A stretch of DNA of 24,000 nt from an uncultured Polynucleobacter sp. Its GTDB lineage: Bacteria; Pseudomonadota; Gammaproteobacteria; Burkholderiales; Burkholderiaceae. The DNA is taken from contig CALMBU010000013.1 in assembly GCA_937863045.1 (NCBI GenBank), positions 22,054 through 46,053 of the forward strand. Direction: 5' to 3'. The notes below the pieces were generated by a model. That model was not told the origin of the DNA. It did not search any database and saw only the letters and a program-made list of their open reading frames with translations. Both the position numbers and the translations under genes were made by a program. Each line of letters opens with the position of its first letter. Positions within the stretch are counted from its first letter, which is position 1. Of the stretch, positions 10,488 through 18,863 are shown one piece after another.

Positions 10488-11393
10488 ATGCGCGTATTCA
10501 TCATCACCGGAATCTCAGGCTCAGGTAAATCAGTTGCCTTGAATGCTCTTGAGGATGCTGGATATGATTGCGTTGACAACCTCCCGGTCGATTTCATTCA
10601 TGATTTGGTTCAGTCTCTTAGTAAACAAGGCCGAGAAAAGATAGCGGTTGCTGTGGATGCGCGTCGCGGACAGTCGATCAAAGAACTTCCGGCCATCATT
10701 GAGCAATTAAAGAAAAATCACGATGTACGTGTTCTGTTTTTAAATTCAAGCACAGAAACCCTGGTGCAACGTTTCTCAGAAACACGTAGAAGACATCCTC
10801 TATCCAAGTCTGACGACAACAGAACTCCTCAGGTTGCATTGATTGATGCCATCGAAAAAGAACGTTTACTTTTAGCTGATCTTGCAGAGACAGCTCACAA
10901 CATTGACACCAGCCATATCAAAGCGCACACACTCAGATCTTGGATACAAGATCTCTTAAAAGATGAACGTCCTGGCTTAACTATTTTGTTTGAGTCATTT
11001 GGATTCAAACATGGTGTTCCTAGGGATGCAGATTTGGTTTTTGATGTCCGATGTCTTCCAAACCCACATTACGACCCACAGTTACGGCCATTGACCGGCA
11101 ATGATCCAGAGGTTGCTAATTTTTTAAGAGAGCATCCGGAAGTGCAAGCAATGGGTGACGACATTCGTCGTTTCATTGAAACCTGGTTACCAAAGTATCA
11201 AGCGGACCGAAGAAGTTATTTAACTATTGCGATTGGTTGTACAGGTGGACAACATCGCTCGGTTTATTTAGTGAATTGTTTGTTTGATTATTTCAAGAAG
11301 AAATCTCAAGCGCTTGCTGGAGACGACTTACATTTGCTCATTCGCCATCGCGAGCTAGATCTAAACTCTTTAAAAAAAGAGACATCGGCTTAG
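10488..11393 (+). CDS. rapZ: RNase adapter protein RapZ (YhbJ)
   Basis: N-terminal Walker A ITGISGSGKS and the C-terminal motifs CLPNPHY and IGCTGGQHRSVY. The last 56 nt overlap the 3' end of mutY on the opposite strand. Confidence 0.93.
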   Translation: MRVFIITGISGSGKSVALNALEDAGYDCVDNLPVDFIHDLVQSLSKQGREKIAVAVDARRGQSIKELPAIIEQLKKNHDVRVLFLNSSTETLVQRFSETRRRHPLSKSDDNRTPQVALIDAIEKERLLLADLAETAHNIDTSHIKAHTLRSWIQDLLKDERPGLTILFESFGFKHGVPRDADLVFDVRCLPNPHYDPQLRPLTGNDPEVANFLREHPEVQAMGDDIRRFIETWLPKYQADRRSYLTIAIGCTGGQHRSVYLVNCLFDYFKKKSQALAGDDLHLLIRHRELDLNSLKKETSA

Positions 11394-12381
11394 GCAAGCC
11401 CAAGCCAACAACATCATCTAGTGCAAACCACTGTTGATGCTCTTTCAAGGTAACACTCTTTTTTAAATGCACTTTGATGGGCTTAATCGTCATCTGTCGA
11501 TGTGTGAGCACGTGCTTAAAGGCTGCCATTGTCTGGCAAGGTTCTTTGGGCTGATCCTGGCTCACCGGAAAACACCACAAGCCTGCCCAAATTCCTTTCT
11601 CGGGTCTTTTTTCTAATAAAACTTTGTTTTGATGAATCATCACCCACCAAGTCATATCAATTTTTTCAACTTTGACCTTTTTAATCTTCAAAGGAATTTG
11701 ATTCACTCGTTCGCTTAAATAAGCCACACATGACTTCTTAAATGGGCATGAGCCATTTTGAGGGTCAATGCATGCTGGCTGATATTGGGTGCAGTGGGTT
11801 GCCCCAAAGTCCATTAAGCCCTGGGTATAAGCAATCAAATCAGATTTTTTATGAGGCAATAAACTTTCAGCATGAGCCCACAACTGATTGGTGTGCAAGG
11901 TCTTACTCAAGTCCTGGTCAAAACCCCAAATTCTGGCCAACACTCTTTTTACATTACCGTCCAATATGGCCGCTCTTTTGCCATATGCAAATACCGCGAT
12001 GGCTGCCGCTGTAGATCTACCAATGCCTGGTAAAGACTCCAATGCTTTAGGATCGCTTGGAAAAACCCCATTATGCTCAGCCATCACAGCCTGCGCACAA
12101 CGATGTAAATTTCTGGCGCGCGTGTAGTAGCCCATTCCACTCCATTGAGCCAGAACCTGATCGACTGTTGCAGCACCTAAAGACTCAACGGTTGGAAATA
12201 TTTTCAAGAACTCATCGTAGCGATTCAGCACTGTTGAAACCTGGGTTTGCTGCAACATGATTTCTGAAAGCCAAACACGATAAGCAGTTCTATTTTTTTG
12301 CCAAGGCAAATCATGGCGACCTAATTTTTTTTGCCAATCAATCAGATCTTCTGTGAAGTTTTTTACTTCTGTAAATTTCAT
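11338..12381 (-). CDS. mutY: A/G-specific adenine DNA glycosylase (MutY)
   Basis: HhH-GPD core (VWLSEIMLQQTQV, LPGIGRSTAAAI), a four-Cys iron-sulfur loop, and a NUDIX-like C-terminal domain. The start is ambiguous. ATG 12381 gives a TAATG overlap with the mutM stop. ATG 12396 is also possible. The ORF-track start 12405 is a TTG. Confidence 0.92.
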   Translation of the reverse strand: MKFTEVKNFTEDLIDWQKKLGRHDLPWQKNRTAYRVWLSEIMLQQTQVSTVLNRYDEFLKIFPTVESLGAATVDQVLAQWSGMGYYTRARNLHRCAQAVMAEHNGVFPSDPKALESLPGIGRSTAAAIAVFAYGKRAAILDGNVKRVLARIWGFDQDLSKTLHTNQLWAHAESLLPHKKSDLIAYTQGLMDFGATHCTQYQPACIDPQNGSCPFKKSCVAYLSERVNQIPLKIKKVKVEKIDMTWWVMIHQNKVLLEKRPEKGIWAGLWCFPVSQDQPKEPCQTMAAFKHVLTHRQMTIKPIKVHLKKSVTLKEHQQWFALDDVVGLGLPKPMSLFLKSLDLARDGE

Positions 12382-13217
12382 TACTTTTTCTGACATTTGG
12401 AACAAAAGTAAGTTGATCGTTGCCCCTGGACTATTTGCTTGATGGGGCTTTTACATTGAACACACGGCAATCCAAAACGATCATAGACTTTGGTTTGCAA
12501 CATGAAGTGCCCAGGATTGCCATCACTGTTCACAAAATCTTTCAAGCTACTGCCACCCGCCTTGATCGCTCGGCGCAAAGTATCTTTGATTGCAGATGCC
12601 AACAACGACGCCCTTGGCTTAGATAACTTTCCTGCCGGCATCTCGGGATGAATACCTGCCAAGAAAAGACTTTCTGAGCAATAAATATTTCCGACTCCAA
12701 CCACTGCTTGACCAGCCAGGAGCCACTGCTTGATAGAAATTTGTCGGCCCTTGGCATGCTCGAATAAATGTGGTCCAGCCCTCTCATCAGAAAAATCATC
12801 TGATAGTGGCTCAACCCCTAACTTTGCGATCAATGGATGACGCTCGATTTCACCATCCTCATCATCAGCCCACAAGACAGCGCCAAACTTTCTAGGATCA
12901 TGCAAGCGCAATAATTTTTTACCAAAGCCGATCTCAACGCGATCGTGTTTTTTGAGCTCATCTTTTGGATTAGCCACCCTGAGCACACCAGTCATGCCAA
13001 GATGAATCAGCAAATACCCATCTTCCATTCTGAATAATAGGTATTTTCCACGTCGTTTAATTTGAGTGAGTTTTTTACCAAGCAGTAATTTTTCTAAATT
13101 AGCTGGCACAGGCCAACGCAGTCGGCCATCGTAAATGGCCACACTGGTCACAGTTTTACCCACAACATGGGGCTCCACCCCTTGCTTGGTAACTTCAACT
13201 TCTGGTAATTCAGGCAT
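12381..13217 (-). CDS. mutM: Formamidopyrimidine-DNA glycosylase (Fpg/MutM)
   Basis: N-terminus MPELPEVE, an H2TH region, and the C-terminal zinc finger CVQCKSPIKQIVQGQRSTYFCSKCQ. Confidence 0.95.
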   Translation of the reverse strand: MPELPEVEVTKQGVEPHVVGKTVTSVAIYDGRLRWPVPANLEKLLLGKKLTQIKRRGKYLLFRMEDGYLLIHLGMTGVLRVANPKDELKKHDRVEIGFGKKLLRLHDPRKFGAVLWADDEDGEIERHPLIAKLGVEPLSDDFSDERAGPHLFEHAKGRQISIKQWLLAGQAVVGVGNIYCSESLFLAGIHPEMPAGKLSKPRASLLASAIKDTLRRAIKAGGSSLKDFVNSDGNPGHFMLQTKVYDRFGLPCVQCKSPIKQIVQGQRSTYFCSKCQKK

Positions 13218-13246
13218 ATGCCAATTGTAGGCGGTGAGATTAGAAT
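13218..13246 (+). promoter_or_regulatory. Candidate sigma-70 promoter for the TPR::LolB-ispE operon (-35 ATGCCA, 17-bp spacer, -10 TAGAAT)
   Basis: ATGCCA at 13218..13223 and TAGAAT at 13241..13246, read from the sequence. The -10 ends 7 nt before ATG 13253. No experimental support. Confidence 0.3.
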
Positions 13247-14707
13247 GTGCTTATGACAATAAAACTTAAATTTTTGCTAAGTATCTTGCTCGCCACAGCC
13301 AGCTTTCAAGCATCCTCGGCGCCGGCCAAAAACCTCTCGGCAGAGCAAATGTTTCAGATCTTGGCATCAGAGATCAGCCTACAGCGAGGTGAGGCTGGAA
13401 CGGCCTACCAAACCTATATGAGCATGGCTCGATCTTTGCGAGATGGCCCACTGGCGCAAAGAGCCATGGAAATAGCAATTGCTGGCAATTCACCGGAGCT
13501 GGCTTTGGATGCCGCAAGACTTTGGGATGAAATCAACCCCAAAGATGCCAAAGAAATCTTAACGACTCTTTTGATGTTGAATCAGCGCTGGACTGAAAGT
13601 GTGAAGCCAGCTCAATTGCAGTTAAGTCAAGTTAAGAGCCTTGCAGCGAAAGAAAAAATAATTAACTCTTGGCGCCCTCTTTTAGCAAGGTCCCAAGATG
13701 AAGATGCCAGTCTCATGGCTTTTTACAAAATACTTCAATCATCCATCAATCAAATCAATGACATTGATATTTTGTACACCTACTCGCTTGGTGCTGAGAA
13801 GGCAAAAAATTATGACGAGATGGAAAAAACATTGCGCAGAATTATTCAGAAAAAGCCCAATGATAAAAATGCATTAAATGCTCTTGGCTATTCTTTTGCT
13901 GATAGAGGTATCCGGTTAACTGAGGCGGTGAATTTGCTCGAAAAGGCTCACTCACTTGCACCCAATGATATGTACATCCTTGATAGTCTTGCATGGGCCA
14001 ACTTTCGTTTGGGCAAGACAAGTCTTGCAATCGAACAATTAAGCAAAGCATTTGAAACTAAGCCAGAGGCAGAAATTGGCGCTCACTTAGGTGAAGCGCT
14101 CTGGGTTAATCAAGATCGCAAAGGTGCCGATGCCGCGTGGAGAAAAGCTGAAGCACTGGATGCCAACAATAAAACCTTGAAAGACACCATGGCCAGACTG
14201 TGGCCAGACAGAGTGCCAAGCCCGTCAAAAAAATCTCCACAACTATGGGATGGGCGCTTTGCAGTTAAGGTCAGTGGCAAAGATTCCAAAAATGGTGGTA
14301 GCGGTGCATTCACCTTGAGCCATGAAGCTCAAACAGATATCCTAGACATCAGAAGCCCCATGGGCGGCGCTATGGCAAAAATCACCATCAATGCCTCCGG
14401 AGCCAAACTGGAAGATGGTGACAAAGTTTTTGAAGCGCACGACGCTGATGCATTACTCCAAAGCTACACAGGACTTCCTCTGCCTGCAAGAGGATTATCA
14501 AAATGGTTAAATGGTGAAGCAAGGGTTGGCGCCCCTGCCAGCATTGAAAGAGACGATCGACTGAGAGCCCAAAAAATCATTCAAGATGGTTGGACCATGG
14601 CATTTCAGTGGACTGAAAAAAATCAAATCAAAAAATTAGATCTGACAAGAAAATCTCCAACGGGTCTGATTGAGATAAAAATAGTTTTTGAAGAACTCGA
14701 TGAATAA
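13247..14707 (+). CDS. lolB: Secreted TPR-repeat protein fused in frame to a LolB-like (outer-membrane lipoprotein receptor) domain
   Basis: Single 486-aa ORF (GTG 13247 or ATG 13253). It has a Sec-type signal peptide (KLKFLLSILLATASFQASSA). Residues about 30-320 are helical and TPR-like (ALNALGYSFADRG..., LDSLAWANFRLGK...). Residues about 331-486 (nt about 14237..14707) resemble E. coli LolB. For example, SPMGGAMAKITINASGAKLEDGDKVFEAHDADALLQSYTGLPLPARGLSKWLNGEA compares with [58 protein letters not shown]. It sits in the lolB position immediately upstream of ispE. Confidence 0.75.
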   Translation: MLMTIKLKFLLSILLATASFQASSAPAKNLSAEQMFQILASEISLQRGEAGTAYQTYMSMARSLRDGPLAQRAMEIAIAGNSPELALDAARLWDEINPKDAKEILTTLLMLNQRWTESVKPAQLQLSQVKSLAAKEKIINSWRPLLARSQDEDASLMAFYKILQSSINQINDIDILYTYSLGAEKAKNYDEMEKTLRRIIQKKPNDKNALNALGYSFADRGIRLTEAVNLLEKAHSLAPNDMYILDSLAWANFRLGKTSLAIEQLSKAFETKPEAEIGAHLGEALWVNQDRKGADAAWRKAEALDANNKTLKDTMARLWPDRVPSPSKKSPQLWDGRFAVKVSGKDSKNGGSGAFTLSHEAQTDILDIRSPMGGAMAKITINASGAKLEDGDKVFEAHDADALLQSYTGLPLPARGLSKWLNGEARVGAPASIERDDRLRAQKIIQDGWTMAFQWTEKNQIKKLDLTRKSPTGLIEIKIVFEELDE

Positions 14708-14710
14708 AGC

Positions 14711-15571
14711 ATGACTGACGTATTGCATATCAAGGCTCCTGCAAAAATAAATCGCTTTCTTCACATTGTTGGACAAAGAAAAGACGGCTATCACTTATTG
14801 CAAACTGTTTTTCAGTTGATTGATCTTCATGATGATGTTTATCTGACTGCTTCAACTGATGGCATCGTGCACCGCCATTCAGGAGCGGCGAACGTAGCTC
14901 CCGAAGAGGATTTGGTTGTTAAGGCTGCCAAGTTACTTCAGGAATACACCCAAACAAATCATGGCTGCAGCATTCGAGTTGAAAAACGCATCCCTATGGG
15001 GGCGGGTCTTGGCGGAGGGTCATCGGATGCGGCAGCAACTCTCTGGGGTCTGAATGAGTTATGGAATCTCCAGTTAAGTCGTCAGGAATTGATGGCTTTA
15101 GGGGTGAAATTGGGTGCTGATGTGCCATTTTTCCTCTTTGGTCAAAATGCTTTTGCTCAAGGCATTGGGGAGCTTCTACAAGCTGTCAACCTCCCAGAGT
15201 CCTGTTTTTTATTGGTTTATCCAAAGGTGCACATACCAACTGTGGATATCTTCAAAGACCCAAATTTGACGAGAAATCACCCAACCGTTACAATCTCAGA
15301 CTTTATTGATTCACCCAATCTTGAACAATTTGGCAGCAACGATTGTGAAGAGGTTGTGATTCAAAAGTATCAGGAAGTTGCAGCAGTATTAGATTGGATT
15401 CGCCAACAGGCTCCGCAATCGAGCCCAAGGATGTCAGGATCAGGTAGCAGCGTGTTTGTTGCCCTTGAAACTGATCTAGCCAATCATTTACTGAGTCAGC
15501 TGCCTCATCAATGGATCGGTTTTGTGGTGCGGGGCCTCTCAAGGCATCCGTCATACAATCCAAGTTCATAG
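14711..15571 (+). CDS. ispE: 4-diphosphocytidyl-2-C-methyl-D-erythritol kinase (IspE)
   Basis: GHMP kinase motif PMGAGLGGGSSDAAATL and N-terminus APAKINRFLHIVGQRKDGYH. Conserved lolB-ispE-tRNA-Gln-prs order. Confidence 0.93.
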   Translation: MTDVLHIKAPAKINRFLHIVGQRKDGYHLLQTVFQLIDLHDDVYLTASTDGIVHRHSGAANVAPEEDLVVKAAKLLQEYTQTNHGCSIRVEKRIPMGAGLGGGSSDAAATLWGLNELWNLQLSRQELMALGVKLGADVPFFLFGQNAFAQGIGELLQAVNLPESCFLLVYPKVHIPTVDIFKDPNLTRNHPTVTISDFIDSPNLEQFGSNDCEEVVIQKYQEVAAVLDWIRQQAPQSSPRMSGSGSSVFVALETDLANHLLSQLPHQWIGFVVRGLSRHPSYNPSS

Positions 15572-15584
15572 GAGTAGATGCGAG

Positions 15585-15661
15585 AGGGGAGTCGCCAAGT
15601 TGGTTAAGGCACCGGATTTTGATTCCGGCATGCGAAGGTTCGAATCCTTCTTCCCCTGCCA
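15585..15661 (+). tRNA. tRNA-Gln (anticodon UUG), 77 nt including the encoded CCA
   Basis: Cloverleaf folded by hand. Acceptor AGGGGAG/TTCCCCT (one G-U pair). D arm GCCA...AGGC. Anticodon stem CCGGA/TCCGG with loop TT-TTG-AT. T arm GAAGG-TTCGAAT-CCTTC. Discriminator G followed by CCA. Close to E. coli tRNA-Gln. Confidence 0.93.
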
Positions 15662-15705
15662 AAACTTGTCGCATAATCTAACTACTCATTCATAAAACAC
15701 CAAAT

Positions 15706-16677
15706 ATGACAAAAGAACCTATGCAACATGAATCCATGATGGTTTTCACTGGCAACGCTAATCCTGCTTTGGCCAAGGCCGTGACTGATCACTTAAATAT
15801 TCCTCTTGGAAAAGCTGAAGTTGGTCGCTTTTCAGACGGTGAAATTCAAGTAGAAATACAAGAAAACGTTCGTGGTAAACATGTGGTGGTTCTTCAATCA
15901 ACCTGCGCTCCTGCCAATGACAACCTGATGGAACTCATGATCATGGTTGATGCATTGAAACGTGCCTCTGCAGGCAGAATTACCGCAGTGATTCCTTACT
16001 TTGGTTACGCCAGACAAGACAGAAGGCCTAGATCTGCCCGTGTGGCAATCTCCGCCCGCTTGGTGGCCAATATGCTGCAGCAAGTTGCCGGCGTCGATCG
16101 CGTCTTAACGATGGATTTACATGCTGACCAGATTCAAGGATTTTTTGATATCCCCGTGGATAACATCTATGCCTCACCGATTCTTTTGACAGATCTTGAG
16201 AGCAAAAAAAGTCCTGATTTATTGGTGGTATCTCCTGACGTTGGCGGTGTTGTTCGAGCTCGAGCCCTTGCCAAGCAATTGGGATGTGACTTGGCCATCA
16301 TCGATAAACGACGTCCAAAAGCAAACGTTTCTGAAGTGATGCACGTGATTGGTGAAGTTGAAGGCCGTCACTGCGTGATCATGGACGATATGATCGATAC
16401 AGGCGGCACTCTCTGTAAGGCTGCCCAAGTTCTTAAAGAGCGTGGTGCGAAGAGCGTCGTGGCCTACTGTACCCACCCAGTTCTATCAGGTGGAGCTGTT
16501 GGCCGTATTGCCGAATCCGCTTTGGACGAGGTTGTGGTGACAGATACCATCCCTTTGAATGATGAAGCTAAAAAACTCAATAAAATCAGGGTTTTATCTA
16601 CAGCACCATTGCTGGCCGAGACACTCTCTCGCATCAGTACTGGTGATTCTGTGATGTCACTATTTGCTGATTCTTAA
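15706..16677 (+). CDS. prs: Ribose-phosphate pyrophosphokinase (PRPP synthetase)
   Basis: Motifs [35 protein letters not shown] and the PRPP-binding loop [12 protein letters not shown]. The start could also be ATG 15721 or 15736. Confidence 0.95.
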   Translation: MTKEPMQHESMMVFTGNANPALAKAVTDHLNIPLGKAEVGRFSDGEIQVEIQENVRGKHVVVLQSTCAPANDNLMELMIMVDALKRASAGRITAVIPYFGYARQDRRPRSARVAISARLVANMLQQVAGVDRVLTMDLHADQIQGFFDIPVDNIYASPILLTDLESKKSPDLLVVSPDVGGVVRARALAKQLGCDLAIIDKRRPKANVSEVMHVIGEVEGRHCVIMDDMIDTGGTLCKAAQVLKERGAKSVVAYCTHPVLSGGAVGRIAESALDEVVVTDTIPLNDEAKKLNKIRVLSTAPLLAETLSRISTGDSVMSLFADS

Positions 16678-16718
16678 GATATTCCCCTAAGAATTAAGCT
16701 TTTTACGATAGAATAGAG

Positions 16719-16760
16719 GGCTTTCCTGTTTGGTCGCGAACAGAAAAGCCTTTATTTTTT
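16719..16760 (+). terminator. Rho-independent terminator downstream of prs
   Basis: Arms GGCTTTCCTGTT (16719..16730) and AACAGAAAAGCC (16739..16750) pair at 11 of 12 positions. The loop is 8 nt and TTTATTTTTT follows at 16751..16760. Confidence 0.65.
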
Positions 16761-16777
16761 AATTATTTGGAGTTCAT

Positions 16778-17425
16778 ATGAAAGTTGTCGCTTACGAACG
16801 TAGCGTACAGGGAACGGGTGCGAGCCGCCGCCTGCGCAATGCTGGAAAAACACCCGGCATTATTTATGGTGGTACTGAAGCCCCTCAAGCTGTAGAGCTA
16901 GATCACAATGCACTTTTTCACGCTTTGCGTAAAGAAGCATTCCACTCATCAATTTTAGACATTGAAGTTGCAGGAAAGACTCAAAAAGCTCTTTTGCGTA
17001 ACTATCAAATGCACCCTTTCAAGCCATTGGTTTTGCACATTGACTTTCAACGTGTGGATATCAACAAGAAGATTCACGTGAAAGTGCCTTTGCACTTCGT
17101 GAACGCTGAAATTGCACCCGCTGTTAAATTAGGTGGCGCGTTGATCAGCCACATTGCAACTGAAATCGAAGTGATTTGCTTACCTGCAGATTTACCAGAA
17201 TTCATTCAAGTTGACTTGAGCAAGATCGAAGTTGGTCACGCAGTTCACGTTAAAGACGTTACATTGCCAAAAGGTCTTACACTGGTCCCTCACTTAGAGG
17301 CTGAAAACCCAGTGGTTGCGAATGCTCGCATTCCTACCGTTAAGGTAGAGACCACAGAAGCTCCAGTTGCTCCAGCAGCGCCTGTTGCAACGACTGCTAA
17401 AGAACCAAAGGAAGAAAAGAAGTAA
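16778..17425 (+). CDS. rplY: 50S ribosomal protein L25 / general stress protein Ctc (long form)
   Basis: N-terminus [25 protein letters not shown], two-domain length (215 aa), and an Ala/Pro/Lys-rich tail. A GGAG Shine-Dalgarno lies 5 nt upstream of the ATG. Confidence 0.93.
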   Translation: MKVVAYERSVQGTGASRRLRNAGKTPGIIYGGTEAPQAVELDHNALFHALRKEAFHSSILDIEVAGKTQKALLRNYQMHPFKPLVLHIDFQRVDINKKIHVKVPLHFVNAEIAPAVKLGGALISHIATEIEVICLPADLPEFIQVDLSKIEVGHAVHVKDVTLPKGLTLVPHLEAENPVVANARIPTVKVETTEAPVAPAAPVATTAKEPKEEKK

Positions 17426-17441
17426 TCCTTTCGACCCGATG

Positions 17442-17469
17442 AAAAACCCGCATCGCGCGGGTTTTTTTT
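17442..17469 (+). terminator. Rho-independent terminator downstream of rplY
   Basis: Stem CCCGC (17447..17451) pairs with GCGGG (17457..17461) around a 5-nt loop. It is flanked by an A-run and followed by eight T (17462..17469). Confidence 0.75.
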
Positions 17470-17497
17470 CGCCCCAAAAATAGACTAAAGTAGCGGT

Positions 17498-18088
17498 ATG
17501 TTCAAATTAATTGTTGGCCTTGGTAACCCTGGCACCAAACACGAGAAAGATCGGCACAATGCCGGCTTTTGGTTGCTAGATGAAATCGCTCGCCTGCACC
17601 AAGGTCACTGGCAGGATGACCCTAAATTTTTTGGTCAAATCTCTAAAATTAAATTGGGCTCCGAGGATGTCTACCTCCTAAAACCGTCAACCTTTATGAA
17701 TCGAAGTGGTCAAGCAGTTGCTGCCCTGTGTCGCTTTCATAAAATCAACCCGGATGCAATGTTGATCATTCATGATGAGCTTGACCTAAAGCCTGGTGTT
17801 GCGCGCCTAAAATGGGCCGGAGGCTTGGGCGGACACAATGGCTTAAAAGACATCAGCGCGCACTTCAACACCAATGACTATTGGCGCCTAAGGCTTGGCA
17901 TTGGTCACCCTCGTGATTCTGAAGAAGGCAAAAGAAATTTAGATGTGGCCGACTATGTTCTTAAAAAACCACGACTTGAAGAACAAATTGATATTGATCG
18001 AGCAATGTCTTGTTTTTTAAAAGTCCTGCCACTGATTTCAAAAAATGAAATGAACGCAGCCACGATGGAGCTGCACAGTAATACTTAG
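17498..18088 (+). CDS. pth: Peptidyl-tRNA hydrolase
   Basis: Motifs LIVGLGNPG, RHNAGF, FMNRSGQAV and GGHNGLKDI. Conserved prs-rplY-pth order. Confidence 0.95.
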   Translation: MFKLIVGLGNPGTKHEKDRHNAGFWLLDEIARLHQGHWQDDPKFFGQISKIKLGSEDVYLLKPSTFMNRSGQAVAALCRFHKINPDAMLIIHDELDLKPGVARLKWAGGLGGHNGLKDISAHFNTNDYWRLRLGIGHPRDSEEGKRNLDVADYVLKKPRLEEQIDIDRAMSCFLKVLPLISKNEMNAATMELHSNT

Positions 18089-18352
<264 letters not shown>

Positions 18353-18365
18353 CTAAATAATGTCA

Positions 18366-18839
18366 TTAAATCTTTTTGGCCAACCATTTTTCCACTGAAG
18401 GAAAAACAAACTTGCTTACATCACCACCCAGAAGAGCAATTTCTCGAACAAATGTACCAGAAATAAATTGGTACTGATCTGAAGGGGTTAAGAACAAAGT
18501 TTCAACATCAGGCAATAAATACCGATTCATGCCTGCCATCTGAAACTCATACTCAAAGTCTGAAACCGCTCTTAAACCACGAACAATCACACGAGCATTA
18601 TTCTTTCTCACAAAATCTTTCAATAAACCACTGAAGCCTTCAACTCGAACATTGGTGTAGTGACTTAAAACCTCACGAGAAATTTCAAGCCGCTCATCAA
18701 GGGTGAAGATTGGTTTTTTGTTTTTACTGTCCGCAACACCAACAACAACTTCTTCAAAAATAGATGATGCGCGGCGAACCAAATCTTCATGCCCCCTGGT
18801 AAAAGGGTCAAATGTTCCTGGATATACGGCGACTGTCAT
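18366..18839 (-). CDS. coaD: Phosphopantetheine adenylyltransferase (CoaD)
   Basis: N-terminus [21 protein letters not shown] (T/HxGH nucleotidyltransferase motif), 157 aa. Confidence 0.95.
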   Translation of the reverse strand: MTVAVYPGTFDPFTRGHEDLVRRASSIFEEVVVGVADSKNKKPIFTLDERLEISREVLSHYTNVRVEGFSGLLKDFVRKNNARVIVRGLRAVSDFEYEFQMAGMNRYLLPDVETLFLTPSDQYQFISGTFVREIALLGGDVSKFVFPSVEKWLAKKI

Positions 18840-18863
18840 GGTTTTCTCCCAACCTTCACTAAC

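Noticed and set aside
15240-15248. TGTGGATAT, an 8/9 match to a DnaA box (reverse of TTATCCACA)
   Set aside because: It is a single imperfect copy inside ispE coding sequence with no clustering or AT-rich unwinding region, so it is most likely chance.
15303-15674. 123-aa minus-strand ORF spanning the ispE 3' end and tRNA-Gln
   Set aside because: It overlaps a clear tRNA gene and the ispE coding region on the opposite strand, and no independent evidence supports it.
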